Numbered from the stretch's first letter, positions 6,161 to 15,566 are shown. The stretch is 34,800 bases of DNA from Syntrophorhabdus sp. PtaB.Bin184 (GCA_002067555.1 MVQQ01000011.1:1-34800); one strand, 5' to 3'. The notes: generated by a model from the sequence alone, not told the origin. A program made the numbers and translations.

Positions 6161-7645
6161 GTGAGGCAGCTCAGGGAATCGGGAAAGGTGATCGTCCAGA
6201 GCCACGGGGTCTTTGACCTCGTCCATCCGGGGATAATCCAGCACCTCGAAGAGGCAAGGGCCCGGGGAGACGTGCTTGTCGTCACCGTCATACGTGACCA
6301 GGACGTGCGCCGGGGCCCGGGAAGGCCGATCTTCCCCGAGATGATGAGAGCCCAGAACGTCGCGTCCCTGCAGCAGGTCGATTACGTGGCCATAGTGGAG
6401 GAGGCGACCCCCTTTGAATGCGTCAGGGTGATAAAACCCGACATCTTCGCCAAGGGGCAGGCCTACAAGGAACGGGACCGGAAGATACACGAAAGGATCT
6501 ACGAAGAGGGCAAGGAGTTCTATTTCGGAAAGAGCGTGATCCTGGAGACGCAGGGTTTCTCTTTCAGTTCCTCCAATCTCATCAACAACTTCCTCGACAT
6601 ATACCCCGACGAGACAAAAACGTTCCTGCAGGATTTTTCGAAGCACTACAGTTTTGAAAAGATCGTGAGCAAACTGGACACCCTCAAGGGGATGAAGGTC
6701 CTTCTTATCGGTGACGGGATAATCGATGAGTATCATTACTGTACGGCCCTCGGCAGGTCGTCGAAGACGCCCATCGTTGTAAACAAGTACCTTACGCACG
6801 AGGACTTCGCGGGGGCGGTGTTTATCATCGCCAATCATATCGCGGGGATCTGCGAGAAGGTTCATCTGGTCACGCTTCTCGGCAGGAAGGATTCGCGGGA
6901 GGAGTTCGTCCGCGCTAGCCTAAGGCCGAACGTGGAGCCTCATTTCTTCTACCGCGAGGACGGGCCGACGATCGTAAAAAGAAGATATATCGACCAGTAT
7001 CGCAACCAGAAGCTCTTCGAGATCAACTACCTCAACGAGAATTACATCAATGGCAACTGCGAGAGCTCGATAATAGACTACCTCAAGGAGGTGGTCAAAG
7101 ACTATGACCTGGTCCTTGTTTCCGATTTCGGGCACGGATTCATAACGAAAGAGATAATCAAGGCCATCTCCAGGCACGCGAAGGTGTTCGCCGTGAACAC
7201 CCAGACGAACGCGGCGAACACGGGCTACAATATGATCACCAAGTACAGGAAGCCCAATTTCGTCTGTCTCGACGAGACGGAGGCGCGTCTCGCCACTCAG
7301 GACAAATTCTCGGACATACAGGATATCGCGAAAAGGATCGTGGCGAAGATAAAGAGCGATTTCCTGATCGTCACTCTCGGGAAGAAAGGGTCGATAGGTG
7401 TCACCAAGAAGGGTGAGGCGAACTACACGCCGATATTCTCGACGAAGGTCGTCGACACCGTGGGTGCCGGGGACGCCTTCTTTGCGTTCACAGCCCCGTG
7501 CTTCGCGCAGGGTATGCCCCTTGACTTCGTCTCCTTTATCGGCAACGCCGTCGGCGCTCTTGCCGTTCAGATCATGGGGAACAAGAAGCCCGTCGAGAAG
7601 CACGAACTTCTCGAATTCATCCACACGATCCTCAACCAGCGGTGA
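6161..7645 (+). CDS. Two-domain protein: N-terminal RfaE-II-like nucleotidyltransferase-like domain (degenerate HxGH) plus C-terminal PfkB/ribokinase-family sugar kinase. This is the reverse of the E. coli HldE domain order.
   Basis: N-domain VFDLVHPGIIQHL (HPGII at 6224-6238) and RGPGRPIF are paralogous to the preceding gene. The kinase domain starts at ~aa 178 (KVLLIGDGIIDEY) and ends with the PfkB signature DTVGAGDAFFA. GTG 6161 is the first canonical start, but the frame is open from 6062, so the start is uncertain. Confidence 0.8.
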   Translation: MRQLRESGKVIVQSHGVFDLVHPGIIQHLEEARARGDVLVVTVIRDQDVRRGPGRPIFPEMMRAQNVASLQQVDYVAIVEEATPFECVRVIKPDIFAKGQAYKERDRKIHERIYEEGKEFYFGKSVILETQGFSFSSSNLINNFLDIYPDETKTFLQDFSKHYSFEKIVSKLDTLKGMKVLLIGDGIIDEYHYCTALGRSSKTPIVVNKYLTHEDFAGAVFIIANHIAGICEKVHLVTLLGRKDSREEFVRASLRPNVEPHFFYREDGPTIVKRRYIDQYRNQKLFEINYLNENYINGNCESSIIDYLKEVVKDYDLVLVSDFGHGFITKEIIKAISRHAKVFAVNTQTNAANTGYNMITKYRKPNFVCLDETEARLATQDKFSDIQDIAKRIVAKIKSDFLIVTLGKKGSIGVTKKGEANYTPIFSTKVVDTVGAGDAFFAFTAPCFAQGMPLDFVSFIGNAVGALAVQIMGNKKPVEKHELLEFIHTILNQR

Positions 7646-7648
7646 GCC

Positions 7649-8233
7649 ATGAAAGAATTCGTCAAGAAGTATCCAGGTCTTTTTGTCGACATGGTCGGGT
7701 CCATAGGCTACACCGATGCCTTGAACCAGGCAAAGCCCGTCGACGACGGCATTGAACGGGTGTGTCTGCTCATTGAAGGGCAATCAGGAAAGAAGGGCAA
7801 GGTCATCTTCATCGGCAACGGGGGAAGCGCGGCCATCTCCAGCCACATGTCCATAGATTTCTGGAAGAACGGCAACATCCCGTCCATGTGCTTCAACGAC
7901 GGCGCCCTGCTCACCTGTCTCGGCAACGACTACGGGTATGAGAAGGTCTTTGAGAAGCCCATAGAGATGTTCATGAACAGCGAGGATGTCCTTATCGCCA
8001 TCAGCAGTTCCGGAAGGTCGCAGAATATCCTGAACGGTGTGAGGGCGGCGAGGGATATCGGCTGTGAGGCCGTCACGCTGTCCGGTTTCGGCAAGGACAA
8101 TCCTCTGCGACGGATGGGCTCGCACAATTTCTACGTTCCCGCGGACAAGTATGGGTTCGTGGAGATCGTTCACCAGTACATATGCCACTGGATACTCGAT
8201 TCGATCCTGTACAACAGGTCGATATACAAATAA
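7649..8233 (+). CDS. gmhA: Phosphoheptose (sedoheptulose-7-phosphate) isomerase, SIS domain
   Basis: VIFIGNGGSAAISSHMSIDFWKN and LIAISSSGRSQNILNGVRAARDIGCEAVTLSG are typical GmhA/SIS motifs. The size (194 aa) fits. It starts 4 nt after the upstream stop. Confidence 0.85.
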   Translation: MKEFVKKYPGLFVDMVGSIGYTDALNQAKPVDDGIERVCLLIEGQSGKKGKVIFIGNGGSAAISSHMSIDFWKNGNIPSMCFNDGALLTCLGNDYGYEKVFEKPIEMFMNSEDVLIAISSSGRSQNILNGVRAARDIGCEAVTLSGFGKDNPLRRMGSHNFYVPADKYGFVEIVHQYICHWILDSILYNRSIYK

Positions 8234-8253
8234 ACAGGGGGTAACACCAAACC

Positions 8254-9249
8254 ATGACATCAAAAAAGGTCTTTGTAACAGGCGGAGCGGGTTACGTGGG
8301 TGCCGTTCTCGTGCCCAAACTCTTGAAGAAAGGCTACGAGGTCAAGGTCCTTGACCTCTTTCTCTATGGAGAGGACGTGCTCGACAGCGTCAAGGACGAT
8401 CCGAAGCTCAAGAAGGTGAAGGGCGACATCAGGGACAGAAAGCTTCTGGAAAAGGAGATCCCCGGCTATGATACGGTGATACACCTTGCCTGCATCTCCA
8501 ACGACCCGAGCTACGAGCTGGACCCTGACCTCGGCAAGTCGATAAATTACGACGCCTTCATCCACCTTGTCGATGTGGCCAAGAAGGCAGGAGTGAAGAA
8601 GTTCGTCTACGCCTCGAGTTCCAGCGTGTATGGCGTCAAGGATGTTCCGGACGTCACGGAGGACCTGCCCCTTGAACCTCTCACGGACTACTCGAAATAC
8701 AAGGCCCTCTGCGAGGACATACTCTTGAAGGAGGCGACGGATGATTTCATCGTATCCATCATACGTCCTTCGACGGTCTGCGGTTATTCCCCCAGGCTGC
8801 GCCTCGACCTCACGGTGAACATCCTTACGAACCACGCGGTCAACAAGGGCGAGATCACCGTCTTCGGCGGCGAGCAGATGAGACCCAACCTGCACATCGA
8901 GGACATGACGGACTTCTACGTGTTCCTTCTCGAGGTTCCCGACGAAAAGATACACAAGACGATCTACAATGTTGGTTACGAGAACTACAAGGTGAAAGAG
9001 ATCGCCGAGATGGTCAAGGGCGTCATCGACCCGAAGCTCCCCATCATAACGACCCCTTCCGATGACAACCGGTCCTACCAGGTGTCGTCGAAGAAGGTCA
9101 AGGAGGCCCTCGGGTACGTCCCGAAGCGCACCATCGAGGACGCCATACTGGACCTCAAAAAGGCCTTCGATGATGGAAAGATACCTGATTCCATGAACGA
9201 TATCAGGTATTACAACATCAAGACCATGCAGGCCGTCAATCTCAAATAG
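8254..9249 (+). CDS. NAD-dependent epimerase/dehydratase (extended SDR), substrate unknown
   Basis: Rossmann motif VFVTGGAGYVGAVLV, ASSSSVYG, and the catalytic YSKYK (YxxxK). Confidence 0.8.
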   Translation: MTSKKVFVTGGAGYVGAVLVPKLLKKGYEVKVLDLFLYGEDVLDSVKDDPKLKKVKGDIRDRKLLEKEIPGYDTVIHLACISNDPSYELDPDLGKSINYDAFIHLVDVAKKAGVKKFVYASSSSVYGVKDVPDVTEDLPLEPLTDYSKYKALCEDILLKEATDDFIVSIIRPSTVCGYSPRLRLDLTVNILTNHAVNKGEITVFGGEQMRPNLHIEDMTDFYVFLLEVPDEKIHKTIYNVGYENYKVKEIAEMVKGVIDPKLPIITTPSDDNRSYQVSSKKVKEALGYVPKRTIEDAILDLKKAFDDGKIPDSMNDIRYYNIKTMQAVNLK

Positions 9250-9255
9250 GAGTCC

Positions 9256-10092
9256 ATGGTGCAGAACACACAAACCCCGGATTACCAGGAACTTGAATCC
9301 CTTGCAAAGAAGATCAGAGCACGGCTGGTGGTGATGTCACACAGAACGGGGGCAGCGCACCTTGGTGGCGCGCTGTCCTGTGTGGATATCATAGTGGCAT
9401 GTTACTGGGCCCTTATGAACGTCGATCCCCGGAAGGCCTTCGACCCTGGCAGGGACAGGCTGATATTCAGCAAAGGACACGCCATCGCTACGCTGTACGT
9501 TGCCCTCGCCATGAAAGGCTTCTACCCCGAGGAACTGCTTGACAGTTACGCGCAGTGCGGCAGCAAGCTGGCCGAGCACCCGGCCCCCTATTGTGTACCC
9601 GGCCTGGAGGTGGCGACGGGCTCCCTCGGGCATGGACTGCCCGTGGGGCTTGGAATGGCCATGGCGGGAGCGATCAACCATGTGCCGTACAATGTTTTCG
9701 TTGTCATGAGCGATGGAGAGTGCAACGAGGGTTCTGTTTGGGAGGCGGCCATGCTGGCGCCGGCACGGAGCATCGAGAACCTCGTCGTCTTTGTTGATTA
9801 CAACAGATGGCAGGCCACGGGAAGAAGCGAGGAGATCATGGCATTGCCGTCTCTGAGGCAAAAATGGGAGGCCTTCGGGTGGAACGCGTATGACGTGGAC
9901 GGCCATGATATCAGAGCCCTCGTCGACGCGGTGCGGCAGGCGCCCCGGGGCGACGGGAAGCCGGTGGCGGTGGTTGCCCACACCGTCAAGGGGAAGGGTG
10001 TCTCCTTCATGGAGGACGACAACAACTGGCACTACAGGATCCCCAATGAAGAGGAAGTGCAAAAAGCCTTAAAGGAGCTCGGTCAATTATGA
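9256..10092 (+). CDS. Transketolase, N-terminal (ThDP-binding) subunit of a split transketolase
   Basis: GGALSCVDIIVACY, FSKGHA, GSLGHGLPVGLGMA, SDGECNEGSVWEA and KGKGVSFMED are the usual transketolase PP-domain motifs. 278 aa. RBS TAGGAG upstream. Confidence 0.85.
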   Translation: MVQNTQTPDYQELESLAKKIRARLVVMSHRTGAAHLGGALSCVDIIVACYWALMNVDPRKAFDPGRDRLIFSKGHAIATLYVALAMKGFYPEELLDSYAQCGSKLAEHPAPYCVPGLEVATGSLGHGLPVGLGMAMAGAINHVPYNVFVVMSDGECNEGSVWEAAMLAPARSIENLVVFVDYNRWQATGRSEEIMALPSLRQKWEAFGWNAYDVDGHDIRALVDAVRQAPRGDGKPVAVVAHTVKGKGVSFMEDDNNWHYRIPNEEEVQKALKELGQL

Positions 10093-11027
10093 GAAACGCC
10101 TTTGCTTCAGAGATGACGAACATGGCCAGCGAGGACAAAAGGATCGTGCTGCTTTCAGGCGATATAGGAAACCGGCTCTTTGACGATTACAAGGGCCATG
10201 CCCCGGACCGTTTTGTCAACTGCGGCATAGCGGAGGCCAACATGATAGGCGTTGCCTCCGGGATGGCGATGTGCGGCTTGAGGCCCATCGCCTACACCAT
10301 CACCCCCTTCATCACGGCGAGGTGCTACGAGCAGATCAAGGTCGATGTGTGCTACCACAATCTGCCCGTGATCATCGTTGGCGTGGGAGGCGGCCTGTCC
10401 TACGCGGAACTCCTCTCCACCCATCACTCCTGCGACGACATCGCGCTTCTGCGCATACTGCCCAACATGACGGTCATCTGCCCGAGTGACAGCCACGAGG
10501 TCAGGGCCGCCCTGAGGGCGGCGGTCGCCCACGGAGGGCCTGTCTACATCCGTCTCGGCAAGAAGAACGAGCCCCTCATCCATGACAGTCAACCGGAGTT
10601 CACGATAGGCAAGGGCATCGTGATACGCGAGGGCACCGATGTCTGCATGCTCAGCACCGGCAACCTTATGCCCCTCGCGCTTGAGACCGCCGCGATGTTC
10701 GGAGACGACGGCATCTCCGCCCGGGTCGTGAGCTTTCACACGGTGAAGCCCCTCGATGAGGACCTCCTGACAGAGGCCTTTAACAACTTTGACGTCGTTA
10801 TCACCCTGGAGGAACACGGTCTGCTGGGTGGGTTCGGCAGCAGTGTCTCGGAGTGGCTGGTGAAGAGGCCGGCGGCGAAGGCGGACCTCCTGCAGATCGG
10901 AGTGGACGACGTCTTCTGCTACGAGGCCGGCAAGCAGGATGACGCCCGAAGGACGTTCAACATCACGAAGGAATCGATCGTGGAAAGGACCCGCGACCTC
11001 TACCGCAACAGAAAGCAGGGAACCTGA
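10089..11027 (+). CDS. Transketolase, C-terminal (pyrimidine-binding plus C-terminal domain) subunit
   Basis: The start overlaps the upstream stop (ATGA at 10089-10092). Motifs FVNCGIAEANMIGVASGMA and CDDIALLRILPNMTVICPSD. 312 aa. Confidence 0.85.
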   Translation: MRNAFASEMTNMASEDKRIVLLSGDIGNRLFDDYKGHAPDRFVNCGIAEANMIGVASGMAMCGLRPIAYTITPFITARCYEQIKVDVCYHNLPVIIVGVGGGLSYAELLSTHHSCDDIALLRILPNMTVICPSDSHEVRAALRAAVAHGGPVYIRLGKKNEPLIHDSQPEFTIGKGIVIREGTDVCMLSTGNLMPLALETAAMFGDDGISARVVSFHTVKPLDEDLLTEAFNNFDVVITLEEHGLLGGFGSSVSEWLVKRPAAKADLLQIGVDDVFCYEAGKQDDARRTFNITKESIVERTRDLYRNRKQGT

Positions 11028-11049
11028 AATACTTTCCGGGACAATACCA

Positions 11050-11673
11050 GTGATCATTGGCGTGGATTTTGACAATACCATCGTCAGTTACGATGAGCTG
11101 ATCTATCGGGAGGCGATCGAGCGGGGACTGGTGGACGGCGAGGTGCTAAAGAACAAGAAGATCATTCGCGACGCGATCCGCGAATTGCCCGACGGGGAGA
11201 TAGAATGGCAGAAGATACAGGCGGCCATCTACGGCCCGAAGATGGACAGGGCGACGGTGATCGAGGGTGTATTTGATTTCTTAACCCTTTGCAAGGATAG
11301 AGGGATCAGGACACATATCGTGAGCCATAAGACGCAGTTCGCAAATTACGACACAACGGAAACGGATCTTCGAAAAGAAGCGTTGAAGTGGCTGGACAGG
11401 GCGGGGTTCTTCGATATGGGGCTGACCGGTCTTTCCGCCGGGGATGTCTATTTCGAATCCACGAGGGTCGACAAGATCAACAGGATCAGGTCCCTCGGGT
11501 GCACACATTTCATCGATGACCTCGAAGAGACATTTCGGGAGCCCTCCTTCCCGGCGGACATAGAGAAGATACTCTTCAACTCCCACGTGTCGGGAGATTT
11601 CGCGGCACGGACCGGCGGAAAGGTCTTTGTGGACTGGAAGGACATCCGGGGATATTTTTTCGATGGAAGTTAG
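11050..11673 (+). CDS. HAD-superfamily hydrolase-like protein
   Basis: HAD motif I VIIGVDFDNTIV lies right at the proposed GTG 11050 start. HIVSHKT and FIDDLEE are plausible motifs II/IV. The alternative ATG 10939 would overlap the transketolase gene by 89 nt, so the start is uncertain. Confidence 0.6.
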   Translation: MIIGVDFDNTIVSYDELIYREAIERGLVDGEVLKNKKIIRDAIRELPDGEIEWQKIQAAIYGPKMDRATVIEGVFDFLTLCKDRGIRTHIVSHKTQFANYDTTETDLRKEALKWLDRAGFFDMGLTGLSAGDVYFESTRVDKINRIRSLGCTHFIDDLEETFREPSFPADIEKILFNSHVSGDFAARTGGKVFVDWKDIRGYFFDGS

Positions 11674-12718
11674 AGATACCAGATACGCCGATGTCGCCGA
11701 TGACCTCGCCCGCGTGTACGGTTTGCATGTGCGGTCCGTGGAGAAGACGGGGAAGGGAAAGAACAGCCAGGTCTACCGCGTGGTCTCCGGGGACAATGCT
11801 GCTTTCATCGTCAAGTACTACTTTCGGAACAAACTCGACAGCAGGGACCGCCTGAAGGTCGAGTTCTCGAGCCTCACGTTTCTCTGGAAGAACGGAGTGC
11901 GGTGCATTCCCGAACCTGTCATGGCCGACGAGAGGTCGGGGAGCGCGGTGTACAGCTATATCGCCGGCGAGCGGCCGTTGATGGATGATATCTCGAACGA
12001 AGACATTGCCTTCGCCGTCGATTTTCTTTCAACCCTCAAGGACCTGAGGGTATCGGCAGGCGTCAAGGACCTGCCGGCCGCCTCGGAGGCATGTTTTTCC
12101 TTCCAGGACCTCCTTGACAACATCGATCTTCGCTACAAAAGGCTTGTAGAAGGGACCGTCGACGTGGCGCACGACCCTTTCCATGAATTCATCGATAGGG
12201 ACTTTGTCTCAGTATTTGCCGAGATAAGCGAATGGTGCCGGAGCAGGTTCCGGGAAAGGTCGATATCGCCGGATTGCCTGGCCGTCGAGGGAAGGACGCT
12301 CAGCCCCTCGGATTTCGGGTTTCACAACTCCATCAGGAACGCGTCGGGCCAACTCTTCTTCGTGGATTTCGAATACTTTGGCTGGGATGACCCGGCAAAG
12401 ACGGTCTCCGATTTTATCCTCCACCCGGCGATGGGGCTGACGGCCGACCAGAAAAGGGTTTTTTACGTGGCCATGCTTGACCGTTTCAAGGACTATCCGG
12501 ACCTCGCGGAAAGGGTTGAGATCTATTACCCCCTCTACGGTCTCAAGTGGTGCATGATATTCCTCAACGAATTCCTGCCCGACCAGATGTCGCGCCGGAA
12601 ATTCGCGGGGTGTGTCGAGGAGGAGGAGGCATATATCCTCAACAACCAGTTGATGAAATCCAAAAACATGTTGAAAGACATCACAAAAGAGTATAAAAGT
12701 TTTCCGTACAATCGTTGA
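11663..12718 (+). CDS. Aminoglycoside/choline-kinase-like (APH family) phosphotransferase
   Basis: ATG 11663 overlaps the upstream gene by 11 nt. There is a catalytic-loop-like LSPSDFGFHNSI and a metal-binding FFVDFEYFGWDDPAKTVSDF. The N-lobe contains SQVYRV...FIVKYY. Confidence 0.7.
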   Translation: MEVRDTRYADVADDLARVYGLHVRSVEKTGKGKNSQVYRVVSGDNAAFIVKYYFRNKLDSRDRLKVEFSSLTFLWKNGVRCIPEPVMADERSGSAVYSYIAGERPLMDDISNEDIAFAVDFLSTLKDLRVSAGVKDLPAASEACFSFQDLLDNIDLRYKRLVEGTVDVAHDPFHEFIDRDFVSVFAEISEWCRSRFRERSISPDCLAVEGRTLSPSDFGFHNSIRNASGQLFFVDFEYFGWDDPAKTVSDFILHPAMGLTADQKRVFYVAMLDRFKDYPDLAERVEIYYPLYGLKWCMIFLNEFLPDQMSRRKFAGCVEEEEAYILNNQLMKSKNMLKDITKEYKSFPYNR

Positions 12719-12761
12719 TTATCGCATCGGTCTGCAAAGGTTTAAAATAAAAGGAGGAGAC

Positions 12762-13427
12762 ATGGGAAGATTGCTTAACGTTGTCACGCCGCTTCACCAG
12801 ATGACAAAACGGGCGTATATCGACCGCATGGTGGATGAAAAGGTCCACTGTATGCTCAAGGCCAAGGAATACGAATTCGACTACTGGGATGGAGATCGCC
12901 GCTATGGCTACGGCGGCTACAGATACATCGACAACAGGTGGCAAAGGGTCGCCAAGCCTCTCATCGAACTCTACGGGCTCAAGCCTGACGCAAAGATCCT
13001 CGATGTGGGCTGCGGCAAGGCGTTTCTCCTGTATGAATTCAAGCAGCTCCTTCCCGATGCGCAGATCGTCGGTTTCGACATCTCCAAGCACGGGCTTGCC
13101 GACGCCAAGGAGGAGATCCGGGGAAATCTTTTCAGGTATCGCGCCCAGGATCGTTTTCCCTGGGGCGACGATCATTTCGACCTCGTCATCTCCTTGGGTT
13201 GCCTCCACAACCTGCGCATCTTCGAGCTTGAGAGCGCGGTAAAAGAGATCGAGCGTGTCGGCAAGAACAAGTATATAATGGTCGAAAGCTACAGGAACGA
13301 GCTGGAACAGTTCAATCTCCAGTGCTGGGCGCTCACCGCGGAATCATTCTTCGACACCGCGGAATGGATCTGGCTCTATGACCACTTTGGATATACCGGT
13401 GACTACGAGTTCATCTATTTCGAATAG
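12762..13427 (+). CDS. Class I SAM-dependent methyltransferase
   Basis: Strong RBS AAGGAGGAG (12751-12759). SAM motif I ILDVGCGKAFLL, and DLVISLGCLHNL. Confidence 0.8.
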   Translation: MGRLLNVVTPLHQMTKRAYIDRMVDEKVHCMLKAKEYEFDYWDGDRRYGYGGYRYIDNRWQRVAKPLIELYGLKPDAKILDVGCGKAFLLYEFKQLLPDAQIVGFDISKHGLADAKEEIRGNLFRYRAQDRFPWGDDHFDLVISLGCLHNLRIFELESAVKEIERVGKNKYIMVESYRNELEQFNLQCWALTAESFFDTAEWIWLYDHFGYTGDYEFIYFE

Positions 13428-13454
13428 TCTCTGTTCAGACGATGGAGGTGACCT

Positions 13455-14504
13455 TTGAAAGTTAAGAAGATAAAGGCCGGGATACTGGTTGAGTCGAACG
13501 CGCCCCTTGAGGTCGCGGAGATTGACATGCCCGAGAAGCTGTCCTTTGGGCAGGTCCTCGTCAAGATACACTTCAGTGGAATATGCGGAGCCCAGCTCAA
13601 CGAGATATCCGCCGCCAAGGGTCCGGACAAGTTTTTGCCCCACCTCCTCGGTCACGAGGGTTCGGGAACGGTCCTCGAGACGGGGGAAGGTGTGACGACC
13701 GTGAAAGAGGGCGATACGGTCGTCCTTCACTGGCGGCAGAGCGACGGCATTCAGTCCAACACGCCGACATACAGCTGGAACGGGAAAAAAGTGAATGCCG
13801 GATGGGTGACGACCTTCAATAATTACGCGGTCATCTCCGAGAACCGCCTGACGAAGATCCCCGATGATTTCGACCTCAGGATAGCGCCCCTCTTCGGATG
13901 CGCCGTGACGACCGCCATGGGTGTCATAAACAACGATGCCCACGTGAAGGTCGGCCAGTCCGTGGTAGTCTTCGGGGTCGGCGGGGTCGGCCTCAACGTG
14001 GTGCAATCGGCGGGAATGGTCTCCGCCTATCCCATAATCGCTGTTGATATTCGTGACAACAAGCTCGATATGGCCAAACGGTTCGGCGCGACGTATTGCT
14101 TCAACTCCACAACGACGAAGGATCTCGCCGGCGAGATCAGAAAGATCGTGGGCAACGCCGGCGCCGACGTGGTCATCGACACGACGGGCAACGCCAGGGT
14201 GATCGAACAGGCATACGATCTCACCCATCCGGACGGAAAGACCATTCTCGTCGGCGTCCCCAGGAAGGGAGACAACATCAACATCTACTCCCTGCCCCTC
14301 CATTTCAAAAAGGTCCTGACGGGCTCTCACGGCGGCGGAGTCGACCCCCACATCGACATCCCCCGGTACATCCGTCTCGTCGACACGGGCAAGATGAAAC
14401 TGGACGGCATCATCACCCACGAGTTCTCTCTCGATGACATCAACCAGGCCCTCGACCTCGTGAGAAGCGGAGAAGCAGGCAGGGTGCTCATCGCGATGGA
14501 ATAG
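13455..14504 (+). CDS. Zinc-dependent medium-chain alcohol/sugar dehydrogenase
   Basis: TTG 13455 follows GGAGGTG. Zn-ADH motifs GICGAQLNEI and LGHEGSGTVLETGEGV, and the NAD fold VVVFGVGGVGLNVV. Confidence 0.8.
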   Translation: MKVKKIKAGILVESNAPLEVAEIDMPEKLSFGQVLVKIHFSGICGAQLNEISAAKGPDKFLPHLLGHEGSGTVLETGEGVTTVKEGDTVVLHWRQSDGIQSNTPTYSWNGKKVNAGWVTTFNNYAVISENRLTKIPDDFDLRIAPLFGCAVTTAMGVINNDAHVKVGQSVVVFGVGGVGLNVVQSAGMVSAYPIIAVDIRDNKLDMAKRFGATYCFNSTTTKDLAGEIRKIVGNAGADVVIDTTGNARVIEQAYDLTHPDGKTILVGVPRKGDNINIYSLPLHFKKVLTGSHGGGVDPHIDIPRYIRLVDTGKMKLDGIITHEFSLDDINQALDLVRSGEAGRVLIAME

Positions 14505-14543
14505 GATCTTTAAAGGGATGCGTTATCTCAGGCTGGTGATTCA

Positions 14544-15518
14544 ATGATTCTGATCGTTGGCGGGGCAGGGTATATTGGTTCCCATATTAACAAGTTGCTT
14601 AGCCGGAGGGGATACAGCACACTGGTTTTCGACAACCTTGTCTATGGTCACAGAGAATTTGCAAAATGGGGAGAATTTGTTCTGGGAGATCTTTGCGATC
14701 TGGATCAGATCAGGAGTTGTTTCGCGAAATACCCGATCGATGTTGTTGTGCATTGCAGTTCGTACGCCTATGTCGGCGAATCGGTCGTCAATCCGGCAAA
14801 ATACTATAGAAACAACATCATCAGTACGGTCAATCTTCTGGATGCTATGCTGGAACAGAACGTCAGTCAAATCATCTTTTCTTCCAGTTGCTCCACGTAT
14901 GGGATTCCAGAATCGGTTCCCATTATGGAAGACCACCCCCAGCATCCCGTCAACCCATACGGGAGAACAAAGCTTATTATAGAAGAAATGTTGAGGGATT
15001 ATGAAAGAGCTTATGGGATCAGGTCGGTTGTTTTGAGGTATTTCAACGCTGCCGGCGCTGACATTGACTGTGAGATAGGAGAAAAACACAATCCTGAAAC
15101 ACATTTGATACCCCTCGTTCTTGACGTTGCTCTGGGCAGGAAAACGGGAATTCAAATATTCGGAACTGACTACGATACACCGGATGGAACCTGTGTAAGG
15201 GACTATGTTCATGTGTCAGACTTGGCCGAGGCTCACCTCCTTGCGGTCGACTACCTGATGGGGGAGAATGATAGTATATCACTCAATCTGAGCAACGAAA
15301 AAGGGTTTTCGGTACGTGATGTGATCGCGAAGGTTGAAGCGGTTACGGGAAGACCGGTCAATAGTATTCCCATGGAGAGACGGGCGGGGGACCCGCCCGT
15401 TCTCATCGGATCGGCTGAAATGGCGAAAAGGGTGCTGGGCTGGAAACCCAGACTGAATGACTTGGGAGTGATTATTGAAACCGCCTGGAACTGGCATTTA
15501 GGGGCCATGGAAGAATAA
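14544..15518 (+). CDS. galE: UDP-glucose 4-epimerase
   Basis: ILIVGGAGYIGSH, SSSCSTYG, YGRTKLIIEEML, LRYFNAAGA and DGTCVRDYVHVSDLA form a typical GalE motif series. It is the first gene of the lower-GC block. Confidence 0.85.
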   Translation: MILIVGGAGYIGSHINKLLSRRGYSTLVFDNLVYGHREFAKWGEFVLGDLCDLDQIRSCFAKYPIDVVVHCSSYAYVGESVVNPAKYYRNNIISTVNLLDAMLEQNVSQIIFSSSCSTYGIPESVPIMEDHPQHPVNPYGRTKLIIEEMLRDYERAYGIRSVVLRYFNAAGADIDCEIGEKHNPETHLIPLVLDVALGRKTGIQIFGTDYDTPDGTCVRDYVHVSDLAEAHLLAVDYLMGENDSISLNLSNEKGFSVRDVIAKVEAVTGRPVNSIPMERRAGDPPVLIGSAEMAKRVLGWKPRLNDLGVIIETAWNWHLGAMEE

Positions 15519-15566
15519 CAGTCAATAGGTGCGGTTTCACAGGGCACCAAAAAAGGGAATAGCAGA

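Noticed and set aside
8260-9273. 337-aa ORF on the minus strand, antisense to the SDR gene. Similar long antisense ORFs lie at 13344-14420, 10155-11081, 6920-7783, 6134-6865, 3748-4374, 4910-5548 and 9337-10062.
   Set aside because: These are typical shadow ORFs of GC-rich coding DNA. Their translations are low-complexity and R/V/D/H/L/G/P-rich with no recognisable motifs. The + strand partner in each case carries clear domain signatures and operon-consistent spacing.
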